Shown: positions 39,301 to 48,560, counted from the first letter of the stretch. The stretch is DNA of 64,000 nt from Acidobacteriota bacterium (GCA_965263035.1 OZ253580.1:3488001-3552000); one strand, 5' to 3'. Translations and numbers: made by a program. Notes: generated by a model from the sequence alone, not told the origin.

Positions 39301-39825
39301 GATCACTCCGGGCAGGGTATTGATCAGCACCATGGATTGCCGGACGAAGAAGCTCATGTGGACCGGAAGGACTTCAAGCACTTCCGAGTCCTGGGCGTGA
39401 GCCACGGTGGTGTCGGTTGTCTTGATCAGTGTCGCCTGACCCGCGACGGTGACCGTTTCCGTCACGTCGCCGACCTCGAGCACGATGTTCACCGTCCGAG
39501 TCGTGTCCGAGGTGATTCGCTGTCGGGTCACGACCTTGGTCTTGAATCCGGTCAGGCCGCCCGTGACCTCATATTCGCCGATCCCGAGGGCCTGGATCAG
39601 GTAGTAGCCGCTGTCGTTGCTCACCGACATTCTTTCGATGCCGGTGGCCACGTTGCGCGCGGTCACGTCCACACCCGGGATCACGCCGCCCGATGCGTCG
39701 GTGACGGTCCCCTGGATGTTCCCGGCGCCTTGTTGGGCGCGCTGCGCCTGAGCCGGTCCACCGAGATGGAAGCCGAGGATCAGTACCAGTAGAAAGCAGG
39801 AAATCAGGTGGGTTTTCGGTCTCAT
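36352..39825 (-). CDS. TonB-dependent receptor, Oar-like, with N-terminal carboxypeptidase-regulatory-like domain
   Basis: GTVTDASGGVIPG, TKSGTNEFHG, AFYAQDSWR..LTVNYGLRW, FGPRLGLAY, EMFNAFN and PRIIQL..F terminus. Confidence 0.93.
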   Translation of the reverse strand: MRPKTHLISCFLLVLILGFHLGGPAQAQRAQQGAGNIQGTVTDASGGVIPGVDVTARNVATGIERMSVSNDSGYYLIQALGIGEYEVTGGLTGFKTKVVTRQRITSDTTRTVNIVLEVGDVTETVTVAGQATLIKTTDTTVAHAQDSEVLEVLPVHMSFFVRQSMVLINTLPGVIFKPTWDGNKGTIHGVGDNGPQRNPIGYNTDGHQSSINWHQGLRDETGPAPELIEEFRIETNQDAEKGFNSGVSVEMITKSGTNEFHGSGFLFHRNDILDARRWTASSKGDQIQNEWGFILGGPIVKDKAFFMMNYTGYEWSTQPSGRIGTVQTELMRSGNFTEILGGSLGTDALGRDVRAGMVYDPLTTRSDGQGGFLRDPFPNNTIPASRIGGVAKHLMTAYPGPNRPGGGLTNNYEGEGSDIFDIDKVYLKTDIEHEDHKFTIGYEDTPNMKLSFLSPANRLNSVAVESRGVRVRLNHLWTVSPSLLFSTRLGINRITYGEGKLPPASDHCPGGCVQGALTTAIPRLRIQSAVGGGFGDNTDTASHFQSTVPVFMDLSWTNGNHNVKVGAQLSIWAGKFLVENHTAGTWTFRNRTSGLPGFSETGDGFASFLMGDVDEVLQETASARKVTSYSWAFYAQDSWRATPRLTVNYGLRWEIPIPFHETYRRWGLMDTRTPNPEAGGLPGALTFYGEGEGRNGRVRAFNVGFRSFGPRLGLAYQLNDKTVARGYYGLMYFPLNGEMGNGAGMPNQGFGASVTKNTPDFGLTPALNWDQGINILPTNLPFLNPSLINGSSVGFVDVNETQQGTAQRLGLAIERELPWDMVFTAEYIGLLGHGVVGTQIARYNQLPLSYLGLGNLLLQDIDSQAARDAGYTRPYPGFTGTVGQSLRRFPQYNWVAQLNSHSGYNLYHSAILVLQKRFSTGLNFMLSHTIAKSLTSGDVAERGSFAPRAGSSLQHWDTWSSSKTIVPFNRSWATKASFSWELPFGRGKTFGGGAGRLANLLVGGWRVAGHIVYHAGNPLTVGTGQFLPYMGPAWAVWNHGVKPTTGVSCGDFDPNQTGRDRIFNPAAFSPAGNFTLGNFRVHPSAQNCGFMQEDISLMKDFQISEGVSFRFAAEMFNAFNRVNWRSAGSNVDSPQGFGKIGNTLDPRIIQLYWKINF

Positions 39826-40031
39826 GAACTCTCCTATATTAATGAATTTCGGAACCGAGGTTTTTTCGTCCGCTGAAATTGCTCAGATCTCGGCCTTCAC
39901 TGAGGGACATGCCGGAACTCTGGTGGTATCGGCTGGGCGCAAATATTCGTGAAGATTCCGAGTCCTGGAGGATGCTCCATTAAGTCCTACGCACGCACGT
40001 AGCGCTGGGATGCAAGGACAATAGAGAACTG

Positions 40032-40060
40032 TATGTAGCAAGAGAAGGAGAGGAAGTCAA
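40032..40060 (-). promoter_or_regulatory. Candidate sigma70-type promoter for the TonB-dependent receptor
   Basis: TTGACT-N17-TACATA with a TGn extension; the -10 is imperfect. Confidence 0.35.
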
Positions 40061-40079
40061 CGCCCCCCCCCGCAAAAAA

Positions 40080-40168
40080 TGGTGCCGGAGGGGGGAGTCG
40101 AACCCCCACGGGTGTTGCCACCCGCCAGATTTTGAGTCTGGTGCGTCTGCCAATTCCGCCACTCCGGC
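40080..40168 (-). tRNA. tRNA-Leu(CAA)
   Basis: GCCGGAG acceptor stem, CCAGA-CTCAAAA-TCTGG anticodon arm, long variable arm, GGTTCGA T-loop and encoded CCA. Confidence 0.97.
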
Positions 40169-40312
40169 TCCCGTCGATGGAACTGGCGTTCGAGTCTGGC
40201 AGTATAGCAGCCCCTCGCAGGCGTCGCCGCCGCATACCGGCTCCGAAATCTGGACAGTGGGAGCGGGATGTCCCAAGATTCCCGGCAACAGGATTCTCGG
40301 AAAGGAGACCTC

Positions 40313-41578
40313 ATGCCCAACGCGGAGATCGTCGCCATCGGTTCTGAACTGCTCCTGGGGCAGATCGTCGATACCAACTCGGCTTGGATGGCCGATCGAC
40401 TGATGGGGCTGGGAGTCGATCTCTACTACAAGACCGTGGTGGGAGACAATCCGGGCCGGATGGAGGAGGTCATCGGGCGGGCCCTGGATCGGTCCGACAT
40501 CGTGATCACCGGCGGAGGTCTGGGGCCCACCCGGGACGACCTGACCCGGGAAGTAATCGCCCGGGTGACGGGACGGCCGCTGGTTCGGGACCCGGATCTG
40601 TTGCAGGAGATCCACACCCGGTTCCGCAGCCGGGGCCTGATCCTGACGGCCAACAACGAGCGTCAGGCCGACATCCCCCAGGGAGCCGTGCCGATCCACA
40701 ACCCCAACGGCACCGCCCCCGCCTTTCTGGTGGAGGACCCGCGAGGCGTCGTCATCGCTCTGCCGGGGGTTCCCCATGAACTCAAATGGCTCTTCGACCA
40801 TGAGGTCTCCCCCCGCCTGAGAGAACGCTTTCGGCTGGACCACATCATCGTCTATCGCGTCCTCAAGGTCTCTTCCATGGGGGAGAGCCACGTGGATCAC
40901 CTGATCGGTCACCTGATCACCGAATCCACCAATCCCACCGTGGGCGTCCTGGCCCATCCTGGCCAAGTGGACGTGAGAATCGCCGCCAAGGCCCCCGACC
41001 GGGCGGCGGCCTACCGGCTGATCGCCCCGGTGGAGGAGCAGGTCCGCAACCTTCTGGGGCGCCATGTCTTCGCCGCCGACCGGGAGTCCATGGAGGACTC
41101 GGTGGGAGAGCTGTTGAGGCGGGCCGGCCTGCGAATCGCCGTCTACGAGGATATTACCGGAGGAATGGTGGCGGAGAGATTTCAGCTGGCCGATCCGGAC
41201 CGGCTGGTCGAAGGGATCATTGCCGGCGGTCCCGATTCCGCCCGGCGGCTCCTGGAGGCGGTGGGCGCCGGCGCCTCGGTGTCGGACCCGAAGCTTTGGA
41301 CGCAAGAGCTGGCTCGAGCCCTGAGGACTGTTTGCCGCGCCGACCTGGGTTTGGCGGTCCATGGGATTCCGGACCCGGAAGATCAAAGCCGGAACTTGGC
41401 GAAGGGTGAATCCTTTTTCTGCGTCACCGACGGCCGGACCATGGAGACTCGCAGTTTCGGAATGGCCGGCCGCGGCCGGCCGGACCGGACCCGCATGAGC
41501 CTTTACGCCCTGGACCTGGTGCGGATGACCCTCCTGGAGAAGACAAAAAAGGAGGAAAGAGGAAAAAGGAAAAAGTGA
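40313..41578 (+). CDS. cinA: CinA-family protein (MoCF-like pyrophosphatase domain + degenerate PncC domain)
   Basis: AIGSELLLGQIVDTN, VGDN, TGGLGPTxDD-like GGGLGPTRDDLT, NGTAP and LPGVPHE. AAGGAG RBS before ATG 40313. Confidence 0.88.
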   Translation: MPNAEIVAIGSELLLGQIVDTNSAWMADRLMGLGVDLYYKTVVGDNPGRMEEVIGRALDRSDIVITGGGLGPTRDDLTREVIARVTGRPLVRDPDLLQEIHTRFRSRGLILTANNERQADIPQGAVPIHNPNGTAPAFLVEDPRGVVIALPGVPHELKWLFDHEVSPRLRERFRLDHIIVYRVLKVSSMGESHVDHLIGHLITESTNPTVGVLAHPGQVDVRIAAKAPDRAAAYRLIAPVEEQVRNLLGRHVFAADRESMEDSVGELLRRAGLRIAVYEDITGGMVAERFQLADPDRLVEGIIAGGPDSARRLLEAVGAGASVSDPKLWTQELARALRTVCRADLGLAVHGIPDPEDQSRNLAKGESFFCVTDGRTMETRSFGMAGRGRPDRTRMSLYALDLVRMTLLEKTKKEERGKRKK

Positions 41579-41587
41579 AGGCGAGAG

Positions 41588-42892
41588 TCAGCTCTCGAAC
41601 CAGTCCACCGGGATGATGGACAGCTTCACATCGCAGAAGAAAAAGGTGGGGTGCCCCTGGTACCACTCGTAGTAGAGGAGGTAGACGTTTTCGCCAAAGA
41701 TCCGCGCCGCGTGGTAGGCCCAGCAGCGTCCCTCCACTTCCTCGATCGTCTTGGCGTACTGGAAGCTGGCCCCCTCGTCCTCGCTGACGGCGAAGGCCAG
41801 GGGCCGGCGTTCGGTCCATTTCGCTTCGGCTCCCTTGGGATTGTTGTTGTAGAGCATCGCCAGGCGCCCTGAGGGCAGCCGCAGGGAGGTCTGGGGCGAG
41901 GTGGGAGCGACGATCTCTCGAATCGGCTCAGGTTGGCTCCAGGTCACTCCCGAATCGTTCGAGAAACACTTGTAGGGATGGTTGAGCTTGGTCCGGTTCA
42001 CCATCAGGATCCGGCCGTCCGTCAGCTCCACCAGTCCCGGTTCCTGCAGGGTGATCTGCCAGTACTCGCGGCCGGGATGGTCTTCGGGCCGCAGCGTGCA
42101 GGACTCTCCGCGGGTCCAGCTCTTTCCCCCGTCGTCCGAGTAGTGCACCAGGGCCGACTGCTTCTCCCAGCCCAGTTCCTTCCCCGGGTCCAGGGCGACG
42201 GCCGAGGGGACCAGGATCCGGCCGCTCGAGAGCTGCAGGACCCGGGCGTTGTTGGTCACGTAATAGTGGTCCCGGTCCGAGACCCGAACCGGCCTCGAGA
42301 AGTTGACGCCGTCCCGGGAAACCCGGGTGTGGATGCTGCTGCGGATCTTCCGGTGGAATGCCTTGTTCTCCGGTTCCGTCTCCTCTTTGCCCATATAGAA
42401 CAGTTGGATCTCTCCGGAGCCGGAGAGGCGCAAAAGGCTGGCGCTCATGAGGTTCGAGTTGGCCGTGTGCTCCGGCTCGGACAGGGAGGCCACCGGATGA
42501 ATCGGTCCCCAACTGTGTCCCGAATCGTCCGAATAGCGGCCCACGATCTCGGACTCGGCATGGTCGCTGGCGCCCGAGAAACGGGACCAGACGGCCAGCA
42601 GGCGTCCGTCGGGGAGTTGGACCAGATCCCCTTCCGAGTGACGCGGGAAGATCTCGTTGGACCGGCCCAGAATGAGTTCCATACCGGGGGCGCCGGACTC
42701 CCGTTCCCGCACCCGGATTCGGTCGGAACCGGACTCTCCCGGGCCTCCTCCCCGGGTGCAGGAGAGCAGCGGAGAGAGAGCGGCAATCGCGGCTCCTCCG
42801 CCCAGGTTCGCCAGCGCCCGGCGCCGGGAGAGTTTCACCGGGGACAGAGGAGCGGTCGTCCGAGTCGCCTGCGGCCGGCCGGAAGGGCCCAT
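41588..42892 (-). CDS. Sialidase-like BNR/Asp-box beta-propeller, probable Tat lipoprotein
   Basis: Asp-boxes SDDSGHSW, SRDGVNF, SDDGGKSW, SNDSGVTW and SEDEGASF; SRRRAL..LLSC leader. ATG 42892 overlaps the upstream TGA. Confidence 0.85.
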   Translation of the reverse strand: MGPSGRPQATRTTAPLSPVKLSRRRALANLGGGAAIAALSPLLSCTRGGGPGESGSDRIRVRERESGAPGMELILGRSNEIFPRHSEGDLVQLPDGRLLAVWSRFSGASDHAESEIVGRYSDDSGHSWGPIHPVASLSEPEHTANSNLMSASLLRLSGSGEIQLFYMGKEETEPENKAFHRKIRSSIHTRVSRDGVNFSRPVRVSDRDHYYVTNNARVLQLSSGRILVPSAVALDPGKELGWEKQSALVHYSDDGGKSWTRGESCTLRPEDHPGREYWQITLQEPGLVELTDGRILMVNRTKLNHPYKCFSNDSGVTWSQPEPIREIVAPTSPQTSLRLPSGRLAMLYNNNPKGAEAKWTERRPLAFAVSEDEGASFQYAKTIEEVEGRCWAYHAARIFGENVYLLYYEWYQGHPTFFFCDVKLSIIPVDWFES

Positions 42893-45800
42893 CAGCGGGA
42901 GCCTCGTTCGCTCGAGAGCGTCCGGTAGTATTCCTCGACGCGCTCGCGGAAAACGGGTGGAACCTCCTCTTCCTGGAACAGCCATACGAGATTCTCCTCT
43001 TCCCGATCCAGGGCCCGGCTGATCTCCAGTTCCAGCTGCTGGAAGCCATGGACGATTTTGGACTTGAGCCGTGCGATCTCCTCCGGATCGGAGAAGATCC
43101 GTTCCAGGGCCAACTCGCGCATCTCCCGGGACAGGGCCGCCGCATCCCTCCCCAGGGAGTGCTCCCCCCGGAGCAGGCGGGAGATGGATTCGGCATCCTG
43201 GAGCCGCTCCTGCCATTCTCGTCTCAACTGGCGCGGGTCGATGCCGGAGAGGTTGGCGCGGCTTCCGGCCTGCCGCGAGTCCCCCGGTTGACCCTGGGGC
43301 CGGGACCCTCGATCTCCTTCACCCTGGGATCCTTCGTTGCCGGTCATCTCCCCGGAGCCCTCCCCGGAACCCTCCTCTCCCTCGGAACCCTCCTTCCCGT
43401 CCGCTCCGCCCTGGGAGAGGCGGCGGCGCAACGACTCGAGTCCCTCCACCAGCTCGGCGACCTCTTCGCCGGCCTGCTTCAGACCCTCCTCGGCTCCGGG
43501 CGGCCCCTTCTGTCCCAGGGCCTGTGCCGCCTCGTCGATGTTCTCCACCAGTTCCTGCAGCCCCTGGGTCACCCCGTCCTCGCGGTCCTGAGCCAGGTCG
43601 ACCCAGCCTCGGGACAGCAACTCGGAGCCCTCCTGCATCTTTTCCGAAAGGCGGTCGTCCCGGATCTTGTTCCCAGCCTGTTTCAACCGGCGGGACGCCT
43701 GGGGTTCCTGCGCTGCCGTCCGCTTCGCGGTCTGGTGCAGCTCCCCCTCCACCCGGGAGAGTTCCTGCTGGAGCTCACCTTTCTCACGGAGCAGGTTGCG
43801 GATCTGACGAATGGTCTCCCGATCCACCTTTCCTTGTTTCAGCCGTTCTCCGACCCCGTCCATCTCGTCGAGCGTCCGTTCCTGCCGGTGCAGCATTCGC
43901 CGTGAGTCCTGGGACAGCTGCCGGATTCGTTCCGAGATCTGCTCCTGCCGGGTCTTCTCCAGAGCCTCCTGGGCTTCCTTCAATCGCTGCAGGGCGCGTT
44001 CGGCAAGCATGCGCTGCCGTTCCCCCATCTGGCCGTTTCCGCCCTGCCCCAGGTCGCGAGCCGCCTCCCGCAGCCGGTTGCTGACCTGAGAGAGCTCCCG
44101 CTGTTGCTCCTGCCTGGAGAGCCGTTCCAACTGGCGGGTCAGACGCTGGATCTCCTCCCGGAGCTGCTGGGCGGTGAGCCGGTCGGCGCCGGACCCGCGG
44201 CCGGCCATGCGCCGCGACCGCTCCACCGCCTGTTCCTGGCGCCGCGCCAGTTCCTTCAACTTCTCCAGGGCCTCGTCCAACTGCTGTTCCTGACGGAACT
44301 GCTGGTTCTGGCGAATGGTCTCGTACTGGTTCTTGGTCCGGTCCAGCTCCAGGTCCACCAGATCGGCCAGTTCTTCCGAAGCGGCGCCTCCGGCTCCCTG
44401 GGACTCGCCGAAGGAGACCTGGATCTCCTTGAACAGGGATTCGGCGCTGAGCAATTGGCGGAACGCCTTCTGTTCGTGGGGCAGGGCCTGTTCCGGTTCC
44501 ACCTGGTTGAGCCGGTCGTGGGCCGGCTCCATGTGGGTCATGGCCTCGCTCAGCCGTTCCCTCATCTTGCGGAATCGCTCGTCGGACGCGGCCGCCTGGC
44601 GGCGCTCGAGCCGGTCGGCGATCACCTGGACCTCTTCCCGGAGTCTCTGCTGCACCAGGGCCGCGGTCTGGCTCTGTTCCTTGAACTCCTCGGCCGGCGT
44701 CGAGGTCCGGTCCTTCTGCAGCTTGAAGGTGGCGATGATGATCTGCTTCTGGCGCTTGGAGAGCTCCAGCTCCTGGGAGCCTCCTCCGGGAAGGCCGATA
44801 CCGCCGGTCTGGGACTGGTAGTACTCCCGGTCGTACGGCTGGACCTCCAGGAAGAAGATGTCCGTATCCGAATGGGAGACGGCGTCCGAGGCCCGGGCGT
44901 GGTAGGAGACGAAATCTCCGGGCACCAGGTCGTGCTCTTCCAGGAAGAAGGTGTGGCCGACGGTGAAGGAGCCGGCGCCGGCAACGGGCGTCAGCTCGAT
45001 CGCCTGTTCCGCCTCGCCGTTGACCGAGTAGCGGAGGGACAGGCTCCGGATCCCGTGATCGTCGCCGGCCTGGAGCTCCATGAAGACCTCTTCGATGTTG
45101 CTCACCCGCCGGTCCCGTCCGGGCTGCTTGAATACGATCCGTGGGGGCTGGTCTTCCACCGCCAGGATTACGTACTCGTTGGTCCCGGGGTTCCACACCT
45201 CCTCCTGATTCTGGAGGTGGATGCGGTAGTAGTCGCTGCGGCGGATCTTGATGGACCCCCGGTATCCGCCGGCACCGTCCTCCTCCAGCCCGATGGAGCC
45301 GCCCTCCTCCAGCTTCAGGAGCGCTCCCCGGATCGGCTGGTCGCTCTCGATGCGAAAGTGGGCGGTGGTCCCCACCAGGGCCTCGATGTCTCCCTCGTCC
45401 TTCTGCACGGCCGGGTCGAGACGGGTGTAGCGGGGAAAGACCAGGCGGAGCTCGAGGGCACTGACCCGGGGAATCTCCGAGACCTGAAGCGAGTAGGTCT
45501 CGGACCGGATCCCGTCCGCCTCCACGTAGTAGTCCGTGGGATCGCGGACGTCGAAGAAGAGGAAGACGAACCCTCCCGACTCCGGGTCGGGCCGCATCCG
45601 GACCTCCTCCCAAGAGGGATCTTCCCCATACCGGACGAGAAGACTCACCCGCCGGCTTTCGAAACCCGCCAGCACGGCCCGGACCTCCACGTCCGCGTGC
45701 TTGGCGACGGTGGTGCTGCCGGGTGTGACCTGAATCGAGTAGAGGGGGAGCGTGCCGTCGGCGTACCAGCTCCAAAAGAGGCGGTCCAGACTGTAGCGAT

Positions 45801-46293
45801 AGGCTTCAGGTCCTCCGAAGAAGAGGTAGGCGAACAGGAACACCGAGACTGTCCCCGTCAGCAGGGAGAGGAGGCTGCCTCGGGGGTCGTAGAAGCGGGG
45901 CAGCGGGACGTGGATCAGCTTCCGCCTCACGTCCCGTTCCAACAGGCGCCTCAGTTCGGGGTCGGCCGGAGCCTGCCCCTCCCGGATCTCCACGACGGTG
46001 GAGAGACCCTGCTCCAACTGAGGATTCCGTTCCTCCAGAAAGCGAGCCAGACGGCCGGGGGAATAGCGGCGCCGCAGCAACGGGGCCAGCAGCCCGCCTG
46101 CCAGCAGGAGGACCAGGAGCAATCCACCCAGCAGCCGGGTCCAGAACAGGGCCGGCTCGGAGAAGTTGTGTCGTGCCAGGACGTAGCTCAAGAGGACCGA
46201 AACCAGGATGGTGGCCAGGAGCACGACGGCGAGGCCTCTGAGCAGCCGCTCTCCCAGGAGCTTCCGCCTCACCGTTGCGATGATTTCCAGCAT
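42892..46293 (-). CDS. DUF4175-like membrane-anchored protein with Ig-like domains and long coiled coil
   Basis: N-terminal TMs, FPRYT, DQPPRI, AGDDHGI, LVPGDFVSY, Q/E/R-rich coil and VP..RERVEEYY end. Alternative GTG start at 46329. Confidence 0.8.
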   Translation of the reverse strand: MLEIIATVRRKLLGERLLRGLAVVLLATILVSVLLSYVLARHNFSEPALFWTRLLGGLLLVLLLAGGLLAPLLRRRYSPGRLARFLEERNPQLEQGLSTVVEIREGQAPADPELRRLLERDVRRKLIHVPLPRFYDPRGSLLSLLTGTVSVFLFAYLFFGGPEAYRYSLDRLFWSWYADGTLPLYSIQVTPGSTTVAKHADVEVRAVLAGFESRRVSLLVRYGEDPSWEEVRMRPDPESGGFVFLFFDVRDPTDYYVEADGIRSETYSLQVSEIPRVSALELRLVFPRYTRLDPAVQKDEGDIEALVGTTAHFRIESDQPIRGALLKLEEGGSIGLEEDGAGGYRGSIKIRRSDYYRIHLQNQEEVWNPGTNEYVILAVEDQPPRIVFKQPGRDRRVSNIEEVFMELQAGDDHGIRSLSLRYSVNGEAEQAIELTPVAGAGSFTVGHTFFLEEHDLVPGDFVSYHARASDAVSHSDTDIFFLEVQPYDREYYQSQTGGIGLPGGGSQELELSKRQKQIIIATFKLQKDRTSTPAEEFKEQSQTAALVQQRLREEVQVIADRLERRQAAASDERFRKMRERLSEAMTHMEPAHDRLNQVEPEQALPHEQKAFRQLLSAESLFKEIQVSFGESQGAGGAASEELADLVDLELDRTKNQYETIRQNQQFRQEQQLDEALEKLKELARRQEQAVERSRRMAGRGSGADRLTAQQLREEIQRLTRQLERLSRQEQQRELSQVSNRLREAARDLGQGGNGQMGERQRMLAERALQRLKEAQEALEKTRQEQISERIRQLSQDSRRMLHRQERTLDEMDGVGERLKQGKVDRETIRQIRNLLREKGELQQELSRVEGELHQTAKRTAAQEPQASRRLKQAGNKIRDDRLSEKMQEGSELLSRGWVDLAQDREDGVTQGLQELVENIDEAAQALGQKGPPGAEEGLKQAGEEVAELVEGLESLRRRLSQGGADGKEGSEGEEGSGEGSGEMTGNEGSQGEGDRGSRPQGQPGDSRQAGSRANLSGIDPRQLRREWQERLQDAESISRLLRGEHSLGRDAAALSREMRELALERIFSDPEEIARLKSKIVHGFQQLELEISRALDREEENLVWLFQEEEVPPVFRERVEEYYRTLSSERGSR

Positions 46294-46325
46294 GATTGGA
46301 CTCGGGCCCGCCCTGGGCACGGCCT

Positions 46326-48353
46326 TCACCGCGGCCCGGTACGGCCGGCAACCACCGACTCGGCCGCCAGCACCACGACGGCGGCCAGCAGGAACAGCCA
46401 CCAGAGAGGCTCTCTCGCCTCTGCCGCAGAGGCGTCGAGGGAAACGCCAGCGCCGGCGGCCTGAGTCCCGGCCTGGAATCGGTCCAGCAGCGTGGCCACG
46501 GGAAGAGGCTGGATATCGGACTCGCTCGGATCGGGGTTGACCGCCACCCAGTCCGTCTTCTTATCCTTTCTTATTTCATAGTGGCCCGGGAACTGCAAAT
46601 CTATGGCAGCCGGCGCGGACTGGTCCAGATCCACCACTCTCCGGCCTCTGGGATCCAGCACGTTCCATCGTGCGCTATTGCCGGTTCCGGCCCCCGGCGG
46701 TTCCTCCTGGAACGCCAACGACTGGTCGACGCGAAGGGCCGCTTCCGGTTGCCGGACCCCGCCCATGTGCCGGACCAGACTCTGCCAGAAGGGCAGAAAC
46801 GCCGGACGCAGCGGAAAATCGGACCAGACGCGGTCCAAGGGAAAGGCCAGGACCAGGACTCTTCCGGCGCCGGCTTGTCCTTCCACCAGCGCCGGATCAC
46901 CTTCGTCGAAACGTCCGAGCACGCGGGAACCCTCCCTTGGCTCGAGTCTCCAATGTCCATAGAAACGGACGGATGCCAGGGCGGTCCGCTGGAGGTCCTG
47001 GAAGATGGCGAAGGCGGGATGGCTCCAGTCCATCTCGGTGATGGAAGTGAAAGACCGGCCGCGGCCCCGGAGGAATCGGGGTTCGGCCAACCGGGCAGGG
47101 AAGATCCCGGTGCGATTGTACGCTCTGCCGTCGACCCGCTTGCCCGGGGCCAGGATGAGACCTCCTCCCGCCTCCAGGTAGCGGCTCAGCCGGTCGGAGC
47201 GGGGAGGCGTCTTCAGGTCGTCCAGAATGACGGCGGGGACCAGTTCCGGATCCAGTTGCCCGGTTTCGCGCGAGTCCGCGAATTCGGTCACGAAGGGCAG
47301 GTTGCGGCCTGCCTTCAGGGCATTCCTCAGATAGATGGAGCCGGCCCCCTGATCCGAGTAGACCCGGATTCGCCCGGGGGAGGTCCTCTCCACTACGAAA
47401 TGGAAGACGTTGTCCGCTTCCATGGCATCCGCGACGGCCAGCACCAGTCTTCCGCGAAAGATGCCCTCCTTGAGCTCGAAGGGGCGGAGAGTGACGGGCG
47501 CCGACCCCTCCTGGTCCAGCTCGAAGGTCTGGCGATCTAGCATCTGGCCTTCGACGAAGAGTTGAAGCTCTCCGCGGGCCGGCCCCGGAGGCGCCGAGCG
47601 AAGCTGAACCCGGACCGGCTGGGGATACCGCTCGGAGAAGACGAGCCGTTGCAGGTCCGCCTCCTGGATGAAGACGTTGGTGGAGGGTTCTCCCACGTCC
47701 TCCACCTCCAGATGCACGTCCCCATCCAGCACCCACTCCCGGTCCGAGGGCATGGCCGTCTGCTGAAGATCGGTGATCAGGTAGATCTCCCGGCGTCCCG
47801 TCACCTCCTGATCGAACTGTTGGGCCGCCGCACGCAGACCCTCCAGATACGAGGTGCTCTCGAAGGAGGGCTCCGCCCGGCTCTCCAGGATCTGGAGCAG
47901 CCTTCCGCTGCGGGATTCCCATGCCGAAAGGACGTTCGGCTTGGACGCGAACAAGATCAGGCAGGCTTGGTCCGTCCCCTGCATCGAACGGAACTTGACG
48001 CGGGCCTTCTCCAGGGCCCGCTCCCAGACTCCGGGCCGGGCCATGCTCATGGAGTTGTCCAACAGCACGACCAGAGACCGGGAGACCTGGCCGCTGACGG
48101 CTCCGAACCACGCCAGATGGGTCACGGGCGAGGCGAAGGCCGCCACCAGCAGGAGCAGGCCGAGGCAGCGTAGAAAGAGGAGCAGGAGATAGCGCAGCTT
48201 TCGGCGCCGGTATTCCTGGATGGGAACCCGGCGCAGAAACATGAGCGAAGGAAAGAGCATGCGGTTTCTCTGGTCCCGGCGGACCAGATGAAGCAGGATG
48301 GGGCCGGCTATCGCCAGAGCGCCGAGCCAGAACAGGGGGGTCAGAAACTGCAT
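46326..48353 (-). CDS. BatA N-terminal + VWA domain membrane protein
   Basis: MQFLTP..PILLHL..FPSLMFL, MIDAS DNSMS, ITDLQ, NPDPSESD and C-terminal TM (PLWWLFL). Confidence 0.88.
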   Translation of the reverse strand: MQFLTPLFWLGALAIAGPILLHLVRRDQRNRMLFPSLMFLRRVPIQEYRRRKLRYLLLLFLRCLGLLLLVAAFASPVTHLAWFGAVSGQVSRSLVVLLDNSMSMARPGVWERALEKARVKFRSMQGTDQACLILFASKPNVLSAWESRSGRLLQILESRAEPSFESTSYLEGLRAAAQQFDQEVTGRREIYLITDLQQTAMPSDREWVLDGDVHLEVEDVGEPSTNVFIQEADLQRLVFSERYPQPVRVQLRSAPPGPARGELQLFVEGQMLDRQTFELDQEGSAPVTLRPFELKEGIFRGRLVLAVADAMEADNVFHFVVERTSPGRIRVYSDQGAGSIYLRNALKAGRNLPFVTEFADSRETGQLDPELVPAVILDDLKTPPRSDRLSRYLEAGGGLILAPGKRVDGRAYNRTGIFPARLAEPRFLRGRGRSFTSITEMDWSHPAFAIFQDLQRTALASVRFYGHWRLEPREGSRVLGRFDEGDPALVEGQAGAGRVLVLAFPLDRVWSDFPLRPAFLPFWQSLVRHMGGVRQPEAALRVDQSLAFQEEPPGAGTGNSARWNVLDPRGRRVVDLDQSAPAAIDLQFPGHYEIRKDKKTDWVAVNPDPSESDIQPLPVATLLDRFQAGTQAAGAGVSLDASAAEAREPLWWLFLLAAVVVLAAESVVAGRTGPR

Positions 48354-48560
48354 GGCTCTCCTGGTTCAGCAGCTTCCCCGCCGGCCCGCCGCAAATGGGC
48401 GATATTTTTACTATCCATGGCAAATAATCGGTCTTGATTTACTATCAATAGAAAAATTGTCCCCGCGGAGTCACTTCACGTCTGACGCTGCCGCGCGTCG
48501 GCTGGTGAGGGAGCTTTCCTCATTTCCTCATGTTTCTCAGCAGTAAGAGTTTCACCTCAG

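Noticed and set aside
40080-40168. tRNA-Leu as an integration site of a genomic island
   Set aside because: No integrase, and I found no duplicated tRNA 3' end in the window by eye.
43330-43410. Repeated GGAACCCTCCT segments in the DUF4175-like gene
   Set aside because: Explained by a low-complexity Gly/Glu/Ser linker.
44104-46464. 786-aa plus-strand ORF and other long overlapping ORFs (17193-18848, 19550-21100, 38305-39792, 49557-51053)
   Set aside because: All are antisense or off-frame to well-supported genes and lack motifs.
48434-48448. Canonical FNR box
   Set aside because: The spacer is 5 nt rather than 4; kept only as an unassigned palindrome.
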